A program made the translations under genes and the position numbers. The notes below the pieces were generated by a model, which had not been told where the DNA came from, ran no database searches, and saw nothing but the letters and a program-made list of their open reading frames with translations. Below, in pieces: positions 54,000-64,000 of a stretch of 64,000 bases of DNA (the first letter of the stretch is position 1; every line of letters starts with the position of its first letter). The stretch comes from Leucoraja erinacea (Eukaryota): the NCBI RefSeq assembly GCF_028641065.1, contig NC_073377.1, positions 155,620,001 through 155,684,000 of the forward strand. Direction: 5' to 3'.

Positions 54000-54939
54000 C
54001 TGGAATTGTAACATTTGAAAGTAGCATAAACATTTTGTTGTGGAATGGTGAAAATTCACACGGTGGTTTTCAGAAATATTCTTCACACCACCAAGGACAG
54101 AACTCCCTTGATCTCCCTATTTTATGCTTTCTCACAACTCCCCCTTCTCATCCTCCACAGCAAGAGGGCAAGTGCTTCATTTCTACACCGCATTTCTGTC
54201 AGAGGCAGCTGAAAGAACACCAGGAGGAAGGCAAGGGCAACTGGTCATATGGGGAAATCCTGCCCAGATAATCACCAAAGGCAGCAGGGTTAAGCACACA
54301 GTGGAGCAAACATCATAAGGTTTCAGAAGGTCATAAGTAATAGGAGCAGAATTAGGCCATTTGGCCCATCGAGTCTATCCCACCATTCAATCATGGCTGA
54401 TCTACCTCTCCCTCCTAACCCTTCTCCCCATAACCCCTAATACCCGCACCAGAGAAATAATCTTATCTTTCTCTACCTTAAAAATATCCATTGGCCTCCA
54501 CAGCCTTCTGTGGCAGCGAATTCCACATTCACCTTTCCTCGACTCCACTTCTGAAATGTAGTTCTATTCTCTTCAATTTTAGTCTAACTTCAAAAGTAGT
54601 GCATAATATAGTGCCATTAAAATAGGCTGGGATCGATTTTTCCCAAAACAGAAAAAAATGATTGACCTGAGAATGACGCAAGTCCCAGAACATGTGTGCT
54701 CACCAGGATTTCTGTAATACTGAGCATTGTTCCTCATTCCCAAGTTTGCCACATATATGGAACTATGACCCGTTTCCAACAAATGCAGAAAAACTTGACT
54801 TTTCAACATTAAGATATGTTTTTGTTTTCTAAACAGGGTATTATATTTTTGTCTTTATCTACATATTCTAATCTTTAAGCTAATGTTAATTTTTTGATGT
54901 ATTAAATGTATTTTTGATGTATTTCTATTTTTTTAACAG

Positions 54940-55091
54940 CGAAGTGCGACCCAGTTTGTCAGCATGGTGGTGTGTGCGTGCGACCAAATAAATGCTTGTG
55001 TAAGGAGAGCTACACTGGACCACAGTGCGAACAAGTGGATAGAAACATTGAAAGAGTGGCAAGAGCAGGTATTATTCAACTGGCAGATTAA
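54940..55091 (+). CDS. HHIP: HHIP exon with EGF-like repeat 2 (human terminal exon 13 equivalent): (A)KCDPVCQHGGVCVRPNKCLCKESYTGPQCEQVDRNIERVARA. It then either splices after 55068 or reads through GIIQLAD to TAA (55089-55091)
   Basis: Acceptor ttttaacag|CG, phase 1. Matches human AKCEPACRHGGVCVRPNKCLCKKGYLGPQCEQVDRNIRRVTRAG. Internal donor GCAG|gtatta at 55068/55069. Confidence 0.95.
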
Positions 55092-55105
55092 TGTATATAT
55101 ATATA

Positions 55106-55571
55106 CACCAGACTGATTCCTGGGATGTCAGGACTGTCTTATGAAGAAAGACTGGATAGACTTGGTTTATACTCTCTAGAATTCCAGAGATTGAGAGGGG
55201 ATCTTATAGAAACTTACAACATTCTTAAGGGGTTGGACAGGCTAGATGCAGGAAGATTGCTCCCGATGTTGGGGAAGTCCAGGACAAGGGGTCACAGCTT
55301 AAGGATAAGGAGGAAATCCTTTAAAACTGAGATGAGAAGAACTTTTTTCACACAGAGAGTGGTGAATCTCTGGAACTCTCTGCCACAGAAGGTAGTCAAG
55401 GCCAGTTCATTGGCTATATTTAAGAGGGAGTTAGATGTGGCTAAGGGGATCAGAGGGTATGGAGAGAAGGCAGGTACGGGATACTGAGTTGGATGATCAG
55501 CCATGATCATATTGAATGGCGGTGCAGGCTCGAAGGGCCGAATGGCCTACTCCTGCACCTAATTTCTATGT

Positions 55572-55577
<6 letters not shown>
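55106..55577 (+). mobile_element. CR1/HER1-like LINE 3' end inserted into a (TA)n tract just after the HHIP EGF2 exon
   Basis: SGLSYEERLDRLGLYSLEF..; flanked by (TA)n on both sides. Confidence 0.92.
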
Positions 55578-55610
<33 letters not shown>

Positions 55611-57080
55611 GAATAATAATGTACTAACTTGCTTTAGTAGTTAATGAGACTTTTGCAAAATATTTTTAAAATTACCTATTTCACAGATTGAGTAACAGTA
55701 GTAAACACAAGGAACTATAGATGCTAGAATCTTGTGTGGACCACAAAGTCCTGTAGTAACTGAGGTCAGGCCCCAACTTCAGTTTGAACATGGGTCCTGA
55801 CCCGTAACTTTCCGCAGAGACCGCTCCCTCCATAACTCCCTGGTCAATTCGTCCCTTCCCACCCGAACCACCTCCTCTCTGGGTATCCTGCAGTGAGCGA
55901 CTCCCTCTTCATATGCCAAAGCCTTTCCACCATCCCAGGGTAGGAGAATCAGGAACCATAGGACATACGTTTAAGATAAGGGTGGGAAGATGTAATAAGA
56001 TCCTGAAGGGCAACTTTTTTACACAAAGGATGGTAGCTATTTGGAACGAGCTGACAGATGAAGTAGACACAAAATGCTGGAGAAACTCAGCGGCTGAGGC
56101 AGCGTCTATGGAGAGAAGGAATTGGCGATGTTTCAGGTCGAGACCCTTCTTCAGACCTTCAGAGGAAGTAGTTGAGGCAGGTACTGTCACAACGTTTGAA
56201 AAATATTTGGACAGGTAAATGGATAGGATAGGTTTAGAGGGATATGGGCCAAACTAAAGCAGGTGAGACTATTGTAGATTGTGTATGTTGGTTGGCATGG
56301 GCAAGTTGGGCCAAAGGGCCTGTTTCCACGGTGATTGACTGCGACAATAATTCTCTACGACCATTCAAAGGTTACAAGGCAGGAGTGTGCTGGAACATTT
56401 GCATTTGCCTGGATGCATATTGATTCAGTAATTGTCAAGCTTGACTGGTACCCCTGTCCATCATCCTAAATATTCATTCCTCCCAGTGTGCCAGTTCACA
56501 GCAAGTATGGTATGCAGCAAATACCAAAGGCATGAATGTTACTCGCTCTTCCAACTGCACCTCCCAAACTGCACAGTCTACCTCCCAGAAAGCTGAGATT
56601 CCAGTTGCATTGGAACGCTGCCCCGTGTAGATTCCTCTTCAAGTTATACACCATCCATAATTGAAAGTATGTTGCCATTTTATTCTCACCACCAATCTCG
56701 CCCATTCCCAACAGCACGGTGAGGGCAATTTCATGAAAAACACTGCATTGGTAGAAGGCAACAGCTCACACCCCCAATGCCCATTTGGCACGGTCAATAT
56801 ACGCTGACCTTGCCCACAAAACCTTCATCCGGCCAAATTACAATCTACTGCCACAATTCTTCAAACAAGAACAGTTCAGTTTCCTTGCTTACCTATTGTA
56901 ATGCATCAGAGTAGACATCGCTTTGTCTTGGAGATGTATTTATTCTAACTAGCATTATTTGTTTCATTTGTTTATTTACATTGAATACAATAAATTAGTT
57001 CCATTAGAGTGTTGTTAAATGATTAATCTCAAAGTTAGCAAAAGGAAAATGCTGCAGATGCCAGAAATTTGAAATGAATA

Positions 57081-57299
57081 NNNNNNNNNNNNNNNNNNNN
57101 NNNNNNNNNNNNNNNNNNNNNNNNNNNNNNNNNNNNNNNNNNNNNNNNNNNNNNNNNNNNNNNNNNNNNNNNNNNNNNNNNNNNNNNNNNNNNNNNNNNN
57201 NNNNNNNNNNNNNNNNNNNNNNNNNNNNNNNNNNNNNNNNNNNNNNNNNNNNNNNNNNNNNNNNNNNNNNNNNNNNNNNNNNNNNNNNNNNNNNNNNNN
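57081..57299. other. Assembly gap (219 N)
   Basis: Run of N in the intron between the HHIP EGF2 exon and the Kunitz exon. Confidence 1.
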
Positions 57300-57304
57300 A
57301 CACT

Positions 57305-57358
57305 CATACATACGTACGTACATATGTACATACATACATACATACATACATACATACA

Positions 57359-57388
<30 letters not shown>
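57305..57388. repeat. (TACA)n microsatellite beside the gap
   Basis: Direct reading. Confidence 0.95.
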
Positions 57389-57390
<2 letters not shown>

Positions 57391-57644
57391 AATGCTTTAA
57401 ATAGCTGGCTAGACAGACACTACCTACAGAGGACATCCTTAATGTTTCAGACCAACAAATTTTCATCTGAATATTTCGTAGTTGAACCATTGTAGAGGAA
57501 GCCAGGAATGATAAGCACTTTGGATTGCATTCAATTCTATGAAAAGTACTACACAAATAAAAGTTATTATATATTCAAAAAAAATGCAATCAGAATCTAT
57601 CACCGTAAATAATTACAGTAATAATTCGGGCCCGATCCCCGAAC

Positions 57645-58796
57645 TACCTCCGCTACATCGACGACTGCGTTGGTGCTCCTCCTGCACCCACACACAACTC
57701 ACTGACTTCATCCATTTCACCACTGATTTCCATCCGACACTCTAATACACCTGGACCATTTCCAACATTTCCCTACCATTTCTTGACCTCACTATCTCCA
57801 TCGCAGGTGATAGACTACTGACCGACATCCACTATAAACCCACTGACTCCCATGGCTATCTGGACTACACTTCTTCCCACCCTGCTTCCTGTAAGGACTC
57901 CATCCCCTACTCCCAATTCCTCCGTCTACGCCGCATCTGCACCCAGGATGAAGTGTTCCACACCAGGGCATCGGAGATGTCCTCATTCTTCAGGGAACGG
58001 GGGTTCCCCTCTTCTACTATAGATGAGGCTCTCACCAGGGTCTCTTCTATACCCCATGACTTTGCTCTCACTCCCCATCCCCCCACTCGTTACAAGGGCA
58101 GAGTCCCCCTTGTCCTCACCTTCCACCCTACCAGCCGTCATGTACAACAAATAATCCTCCGACATTTTCGCCACCTCCAACGTGATCCCACCACTTGCCA
58201 CATCTTCCCATCTCCTCCCCCGTCTGCTTTCCGCAGAGACCGCTCCCTCCGTTACTCCCTGGTCAATTCTTCCCTTCCTACCCGAACCCACCCCCTCCCC
58301 GGGCACTTTCCCTTGCAACCCCAGGAAATGCTACACTTGTCACTTTACCTCCCCCCTTGACTCTATTCAAGGACCCAAGCAGTCTTGGCAGAGGTTCACC
58401 TGCACCTCCTCCAACCTCATCTATTGCATCCGCTGTTCTAAATGTCAGCTGCTCTACATCGGTGAGACCAAGCGTAGGCTTGGCGATCGCTTCGCCCAAC
58501 AATTCTGCTCGGTTCGCAATAACCAACCTGATCTCCTGGTGGCTCAGCACTTCAACTCCCCCTCCCATTCCAAATCCGACCTTTCTGCCTTGGGCCTCCT
58601 CCATGGCCAGAGTGAGGACCATCATAAATTGGAGGAGCAGAACCTCATATTTCGCTTGGGTAGTTTACACCTCAGCGGTATGAACATTGACTTCTCCAAT
58701 TTCAGGTAGTTCCTACTTTCTCCTCCCTTCTCAGCTCTCCCTCATCCCACTGGCTCCGCCTCGTCCTTTCTTCTTTCCGCCCCCCCCCACACCCCC

Positions 58797-58828
<32 letters not shown>

Positions 58829-58955
58829 ACATCAGAAGGGTCTCGACCCGAAACGTTGCTTCTTTCCTTCGCTCCATAGATGCTGCCTCACCCGCTGAGT
58901 TTCTCCAGCATTTTTGTCTACCTTCGATTTCCCAGCATCTGCAGTTCCTTCTTAA
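57645..58955 (+). mobile_element. Penelope-like retroelement 3' portion (RT thumb, GIY-YIG endonuclease, pseudo-LTR)
   Basis: YKPTDSHGYLDYTSSHP..SIPYSQFLRLRRIC; NLIYCIRCSKCQLLYIGETKRRLGDRF..HF..EQNLIFRLGSL..GMNID. Terminal segment gggtctcgacccgaaacg..gatgctgcctcacccgctgagtttctccagcatttt. Confidence 0.9.
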
Positions 58956-59059
58956 ACATCAAATAATTCTGTCATTTCATTCATCTAATAATTTGGATTT
59001 CTAAAACAATTCATTTGGCTTTTTATTCAGAATGATTTTTTCATTGTATTCTTCCACAG

Positions 59060-59268
59060 CAGTTTGCCAGCAGCCCCGGAAGATTGGGAAGTGCCACACC
59101 CCGACATGGCGCTGGTTCTTCATTGTGGACACCAGGCAGTGTGAACAGTTTGTTTTTAGTGGTTGCCAAGGAAACAAAAATCGATTCAACACTCAAGAGG
59201 AGTGCGAGAAAACCTGCTTACCAGGAAACTATCAAGGCACAGAACTGATGCAGAGGATGGATATATAA
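59060..59268 (+). CDS. BPTI/Kunitz-type protease-inhibitor domain exon, putative extra terminal exon of HHIP: AVCQQPRKIGKCHTPTWRWFFIVDTRQCEQFVFSGCQGNKNRFNTQEECEKTCLPGNYQGTELMQRMDI*
   Basis: Exact Kunitz spacing C-x8-C-x15-C-x7-C-x12-C-x3-C plus the FxFSGCxGNxNRFxTxEEC signature. Pyrimidine-rich acceptor tcattgtattcttccacag| in phase 1, matching the HHIP donor at 55068. No signal peptide. Stop TAA at 59266-59268. The Kunitz identity is firm; the link to HHIP is inferred. Confidence 0.88.
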
Positions 59269-59900
59269 ACTCTTGACCACCCATCTTTTAGTTTCTTCCA
59301 TAATGACAGAAAAATCAAATACATTTCATACTTTTGATGTATATTTTACATGGGACTAAAAGATTTTAACATTCAGAAATGGGGAAAACAGGTTACTTCA
59401 GGTTTTTATTATCTAACCTTAAATTTATTTTAAAATAATGTGTAATATCTGAAGTGAAATTTTAGAAACAGTGACATCTGAAACAAAAATGGTCAAACTG
59501 TATAAGCTCATAACTGGTCGGCCATCGCCAGATTCTAATTGGTGTACGTAGATTTAAAACAAAGACATTTAAATGTATAATTTCTTTTTAAAATTTAATA
59601 TATTGTTTATGTAAATGCATGCTTAATGTCCTCAAGAATACAGTATTATACTGTGACCATTGAGCTGATAAATTGTATTTTTAAACATTATCTGTTACAT
59701 ACTGTATTGCATCTGTTATTATACTATATGTAAGCTGCAGCAGATATGCTAAAGTATATTTTTATTACAGTAGCTACAAAAGTAATTGACCACTGGTAGT
59801 TCTCCTAAACTTCTACAGGCTCTCTTTGTGGGCCCATATCTTAATGATCATTAAACTGTAACCTGTAAATTTTAGCGACGAAACCATTGATGTCAAATAC
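59269..59900 (+). other. Putative 3' UTR of the Kunitz-containing terminal exon
   Basis: AT-rich, repeat-free sequence after the stop; ATTAAA variant polyadenylation signal at 59850-59855. The end point is uncertain. Confidence 0.4.
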
Positions 59901-60518
59901 CATGTTTGTCAAGGACTAATTATCATCAAGTCTTTAAATGTTCGGAGGTGAGATCTCATAATGCTGCTGGAAAGATCAAATGCCGAGAAATTGTGTGTCA
60001 CTTTTTTTTGTTGTTGCTCTATACATGCATTGCATATGGCATTAACGCTCACTCAGATCTCCAGAAAATGTTTCTTAAAGCAGTGCAATGAGTTTTGCAC
60101 ACAGAATCACGCACTAGAACAGGATTTTATCAGAAGCTAAATATGGAGTTCGTAAACCTCTCTGCTGTTTACGCGTTGACCACTCGGAAGTGAGGTGTTG
60201 CTTTCAAGTCAAGTCAATTTTATTTCTATAGCACATTTAAAAACAACTCTCGTTGACCAAAGTGCTTTACATCAGCACAGGTACATTGTGAACCCTTCCC
60301 CCAACAGCCGCCAAAAACGCCACCAAAAACACTGCTGTGGAGGTGAGGCAAAACACAGGTCGCTAAACATTCTTGTTAAATTGGGCATCCGGTAGTTAAT
60401 GGTCTAACCTGGTCTAGACCCATGCTGCCATGAGGTGCAGGCTAGGCTAAGCTTGCAGCTCAGAACCGATTTGAATAAAGAGCCTGTGGTCCATTGAATC
60501 ATTGCCCATAATGCTGAT

Positions 60519-61158
60519 CAGGGCCGGATTTACATATAAGCTAGACAAGCTTTAGCTTAGGGCCTCGAGATCTAGGGGGGCCTACTCACCTCGCTGCCTC
60601 ACCAGACACGTCGAACCTCGCCCCCCCCCCGCCACCGACCATCCGCCCACCGGGACCTCCTACTCTTTGCCCGCTGACCCTGGCCACTCCACCGCCCTCC
60701 AGCAGCCGTCGCCTTACCTGCAGCCTGGACTCAGCACCGGGCCTGGTGTTTCCACGCTGCAGACTCTCACTCCCTCGGGTTTGACTGCGCTGGGTCCTAG
60801 TGCTAGTCCCCCAATCCCTGGTAATCCCTGTGGCTGTTCCACTGGGTCTTCCCCATCCCCCTCAAACCAGGTGACCCCAGCACTTCCCCACCCACACTAC
60901 AGCCCTCATACCCCCTGACCACCCACCACACCTCCAGGTAAAGCATCTCCCGTTCCGCGGTGAATCTAATATGTATTTTAAAACCAACTGTTTAATGACA
61001 ACATACAGTAGGATCTAAAAGTGTCACACTGTCACTGTAAGGTAGTCATGGTCCTCTGGTCGTGGGGGTGGGGGATTGGGAGGGAGGGGGGGTGGGGGGG
61101 GGGGGGTGCTTCACAAGTGAAATGGCTTAGGGCCTCCCTTCATCTAAATCCGGCCCTG
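60519..61158. mobile_element. hAT-like non-autonomous DNA transposon
   Basis: TIR CAGGGCCGGATTTA / TAAATCCGGCCCTG; perfect 8-bp TSD ATGCTGAT; subterminal GCTTAGGGCCTC motifs. Confidence 0.85.
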
Positions 61159-62494
61159 ATGCTGATCATTGGAAACTGAGGCTGGCAGATATTTTGTGCT
61201 ATTAGTTGAGCTTTTTTTTTTTCATTTCCATATCTATGTATTCCTTGGATTTTCTGTGAGCAGTCAGTCAAGGTCTTTGATCCCACCAAGAGTTTCCATT
61301 TACACCAGAAGTGGAACAAATGCATTTGCATAACCTCTGGTATCATTAAATACAGGCCGTCGCTGGACAAATGTCAATCCCACTGAGGTGAACAGTGCAC
61401 AGAACTCCCCAAAGCAAATTCCCATGGGGGTGGAATGTCATCCAAAAATGATCACTAAACCAAGTTAACCAAAAGAAGCAGCATTTGTGCATAGAATGAG
61501 AAATAATAGATCCAGTATCTAGGCAAGGAATTGCTTTCTCCCAACCCTTATCCATTTATACGCAGCAAACCCCCAGCATTTTCACATAAATAAAAGGATA
61601 TCCTGCTAAGAAATATTTTCCTTTCCCTTGTATTAATTTAATTGACAGATCCACTTTGCCAGACTTGTATTCATGCAATATTCCATCCTAATTAACAGTT
61701 TGTTTTGGACTTTACCTTGTATATTCAGCACGTAAATACAGCAATTTAACTGTGAACTTGAGTACAGAATATGAGAAAAACTGAGTTAATATGTGGTTTG
61801 GTGAGGCATTGCTGCAAATAGTTATGCAAAGTATTATTAAATGTTTTGTGTAAAAATTGCTTCTTTATATCATCACTTCATAATCATGAGATTTCATTTG
61901 GTCCTGTTAAATGTATCAATTCCGAGCACGTAAGTGGAAACAATTGACAAGAAACTGGGAAAAAAAAAAGTAGATTAGTATTGAGTTCAAAATTGCTTCT
62001 CTTGAAATACTTGGTAATAAGTCTAACAATAACCATTCAAAGTGACGGTAATAACCAGAACTGTATGTAACAAGTTGCAAGGCACTATTTTCTGGTGCTA
62101 CTAAACCAGGGAAAGAACAAAGATTAACATTTTTGGTTATTTTATTGATGATCGCTGAGACTACACTAAAGTAGGGTCTCGACCCGAAACATCTCTCCAG
62201 AGATGCTGCCTGTCCCGCTGAGTTACTCCAGCATGTTGTGCCTATCTCCATTTCAGGTGTTGGCCAAGTACAATATTTTAAAATGTCACCATAAAACTAA
62301 ATTGAGACGTTTGCATTTTTCTTTATTTTATGAATTGAAAGTAATTTAAATTAAGAAGATTAAAATGAGAATCCATCAAGTGCTGACCTTTTTCTAAAAA
62401 TAACCATTGAGGTATTGTGTCTATGGAATAACAGAGCCTCGTAATATCCCCCCCCCTATTAACCGATCAGTGTAAGCCATGACAATGATAGTGG

Positions 62495-63203
62495 CATTCA
62501 ATAAAAATGAATTCAATTCAGAGTATTGGTGATTTCAGCAGCATTTTTCACTGCACATGTTGTAGTGTTTCTGGTGTGCAGCCCCAAATTCCAAACGTGG
62601 AACGGATATAATTGCAGCAAATGCAACGCACTTTGTGAATGATACTATTGACTGAACTCAATGTTCCAATGTTTGGACCAATGTTAATCATTAATGGAAA
62701 ATGATTGCAAGTGGAATGAAAAATGGACCGCCTTGTGCGATACAGCAACAGGTAAACTAATGAATTAGTTACATTCAATAAAAATGAATTGGAAGAGAGT
62801 ATTGGTGATGCAGCAGCCACATTTCAGTTGCAAAAAAATACTAGTGTTTTCTGGTGTTGCAGCCCCAAATTGAAACGTGCAACTTTCAGGAAGGCCTCGG
62901 GGCAGCAAATTCAACGCACTTTGTGAATGATACTATTGACTGAACTCAATGTTCCAATGTTTGGACCAATGTTAATCATTAATGGAAAATGATTGCAAAG
63001 TGGAATGAAAAATGGACCGCCTTGTGCGATACAGCAACAGGTAAACTAATTTAATTTAAGTTACATTCCTAAAGGGCTGAATTGGAGGATCTTAACCAAG
63101 TAGCACCAGCCACATTTCAGTTGAAAAAAATACTCAGTGTTTTCTTAATTGTTGCTTTGAGACACCAAGCTGAAACCTGCAACTTTCAGGAAGGCCTCGG
63201 GGT
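62495..63203. repeat. About 290-bp imperfect tandem duplication (about 2.4 units)
   Basis: The block gcagcaaat..gatacagcaacaggtaaactaat occurs at about 62614-62761 and about 62903-63050, nearly identical. Confidence 0.85.
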
Positions 63204-63534
63204 TGGCCATTTCTTCCTCAAAAAAGGAATGGCCAACAATTTCCTCTCAACCAATGCCCCTCCTCTATCTGACAGAACTTGCCGTCAACCTTTCTTCTGA
63301 TTCCTCTAACTTTCTTCAAGTTAAAGGTGTAGCCCTTTGCTTTTGCCTGGGTCCCAGTTATGCTTAACTTTTTGTTATCTACATTAACCTCTATTGAGGG
63401 AGTGCAGCATAGGTTCACGAGGTTAAATCCCACCCTGTCTCGTACAAGGATGTCATCCCTTCTCATTGTTTCTCCGTCTCCATCGCATTTGAGATGTTAC
63501 AAAAATGTTGAATACCCCCCTCCCATCCCCTAAC

Positions 63535-64000
63535 AGTGGTGGATGGAGCCCTCATCCCTATCTCTCGTGTTCCCACATTCCCGCCCTTGGCCCCCCTCAT
63601 TCTCAGGCATATTTGCCAGCTTCGACTCAATACCAACACCAGTCACATCTTCCCTTCCCCACCTCTTTCTGCTTTCCACAGAGACCATTTTCTCCATGGT
63701 TTGCATATCCCTCCCTACATATACTGGGCCCTCCTGGGCACTTTCCTCCTGAAACTGCAGAAGGTTGCAACACTGATCCCAACTCCTGCAACCTCCATCC
63801 AGAGACCCAAAACGCCTGTCGAGGTAAGATATTCAAAAGGTCACACACACGTGCCTTCGCTAACCTCATCGACTACATTTGGTGCACCCGATGTGGCCTC
63901 CGTAACTTCGGCGAGGACGAGGCCATCGTTTCACCGAACACGTATGCTTGGTCTGTTAAGACTTGTTTAATCTCCTGGTTGACAGCCATTTTGACTTCCC
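63535..64000 (+). mobile_element. Old Penelope-like element fragment (runs off the window end)
   Basis: ILRHICQL..TSHIFPSPPLSAFHRD, homologous to 58150-58250. Confidence 0.7.

Noticed and set aside
55092-57080. Mammalian-type HHIP tail (MTSYLLDLTSYIV) displaced by the CR1 insertion
   Set aside because: An in-frame TAA precedes the insertion and no convincing remnant follows it; the gap cannot be inspected.
57004-57556. Long ORFs in the track
   Set aside because: Artefacts of the N gap and (TACA)n microsatellite.
59032-59268. Stand-alone single-exon Kunitz gene starting at ATG 59032
   Set aside because: The N-terminal MIFSLYSST is translated polypyrimidine tract and acceptor, not a signal peptide; a phase-1 acceptor explains the sequence better.
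62614-62760. Coding exon ending CAG|gtaaac in the duplicated block
   Set aside because: Stops in all three forward frames and no recognisable protein similarity.

Overview
Eukaryotic, repeat-rich genomic DNA, almost certainly from an elasmobranch (shark/skate/ray). This is inferred from the abundant CR1/HER1-type LINE 3' ends with (TTTCTATG)n tails, tRNA-derived SINEs and Penelope-like fragments. The window holds the 3' half of the Hedgehog-interacting protein gene (HHIP) on the + strand as six GT-AG exons with consistent phases: 13478-13599, 13848-13971, 24133-24275, 25749-25830, 47001-47149 and 54940-55068/55091. They encode the end of the beta-propeller and both EGF repeats. The main surprise is the C-terminus. 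The mammalian-type tail (GILDQIIDMTSYLLDLTSYIV) is absent: read-through gives only GIIQLAD-stop. A GT donor at exactly that point is in phase with an acceptor about 4 kb downstream that opens an intact six-cysteine BPTI/Kunitz protease-inhibitor exon (59060-59268), predicting an HHIP-Kunitz fusion protein. A 219-N gap lies in that intron, so the join needs transcript confirmation. The introns contain L1, CR1, Rex/Babar, RTE, Penelope-like, Helitron-like, Harbinger-like and hAT-like elements. They also hold a near-perfect tRNA-Gly(GCC) fused to a LINE-type tail and an L1 with a 90-bp target-site duplication. Most ORFs in the supplied track are transposon remnants or chance ORFs.
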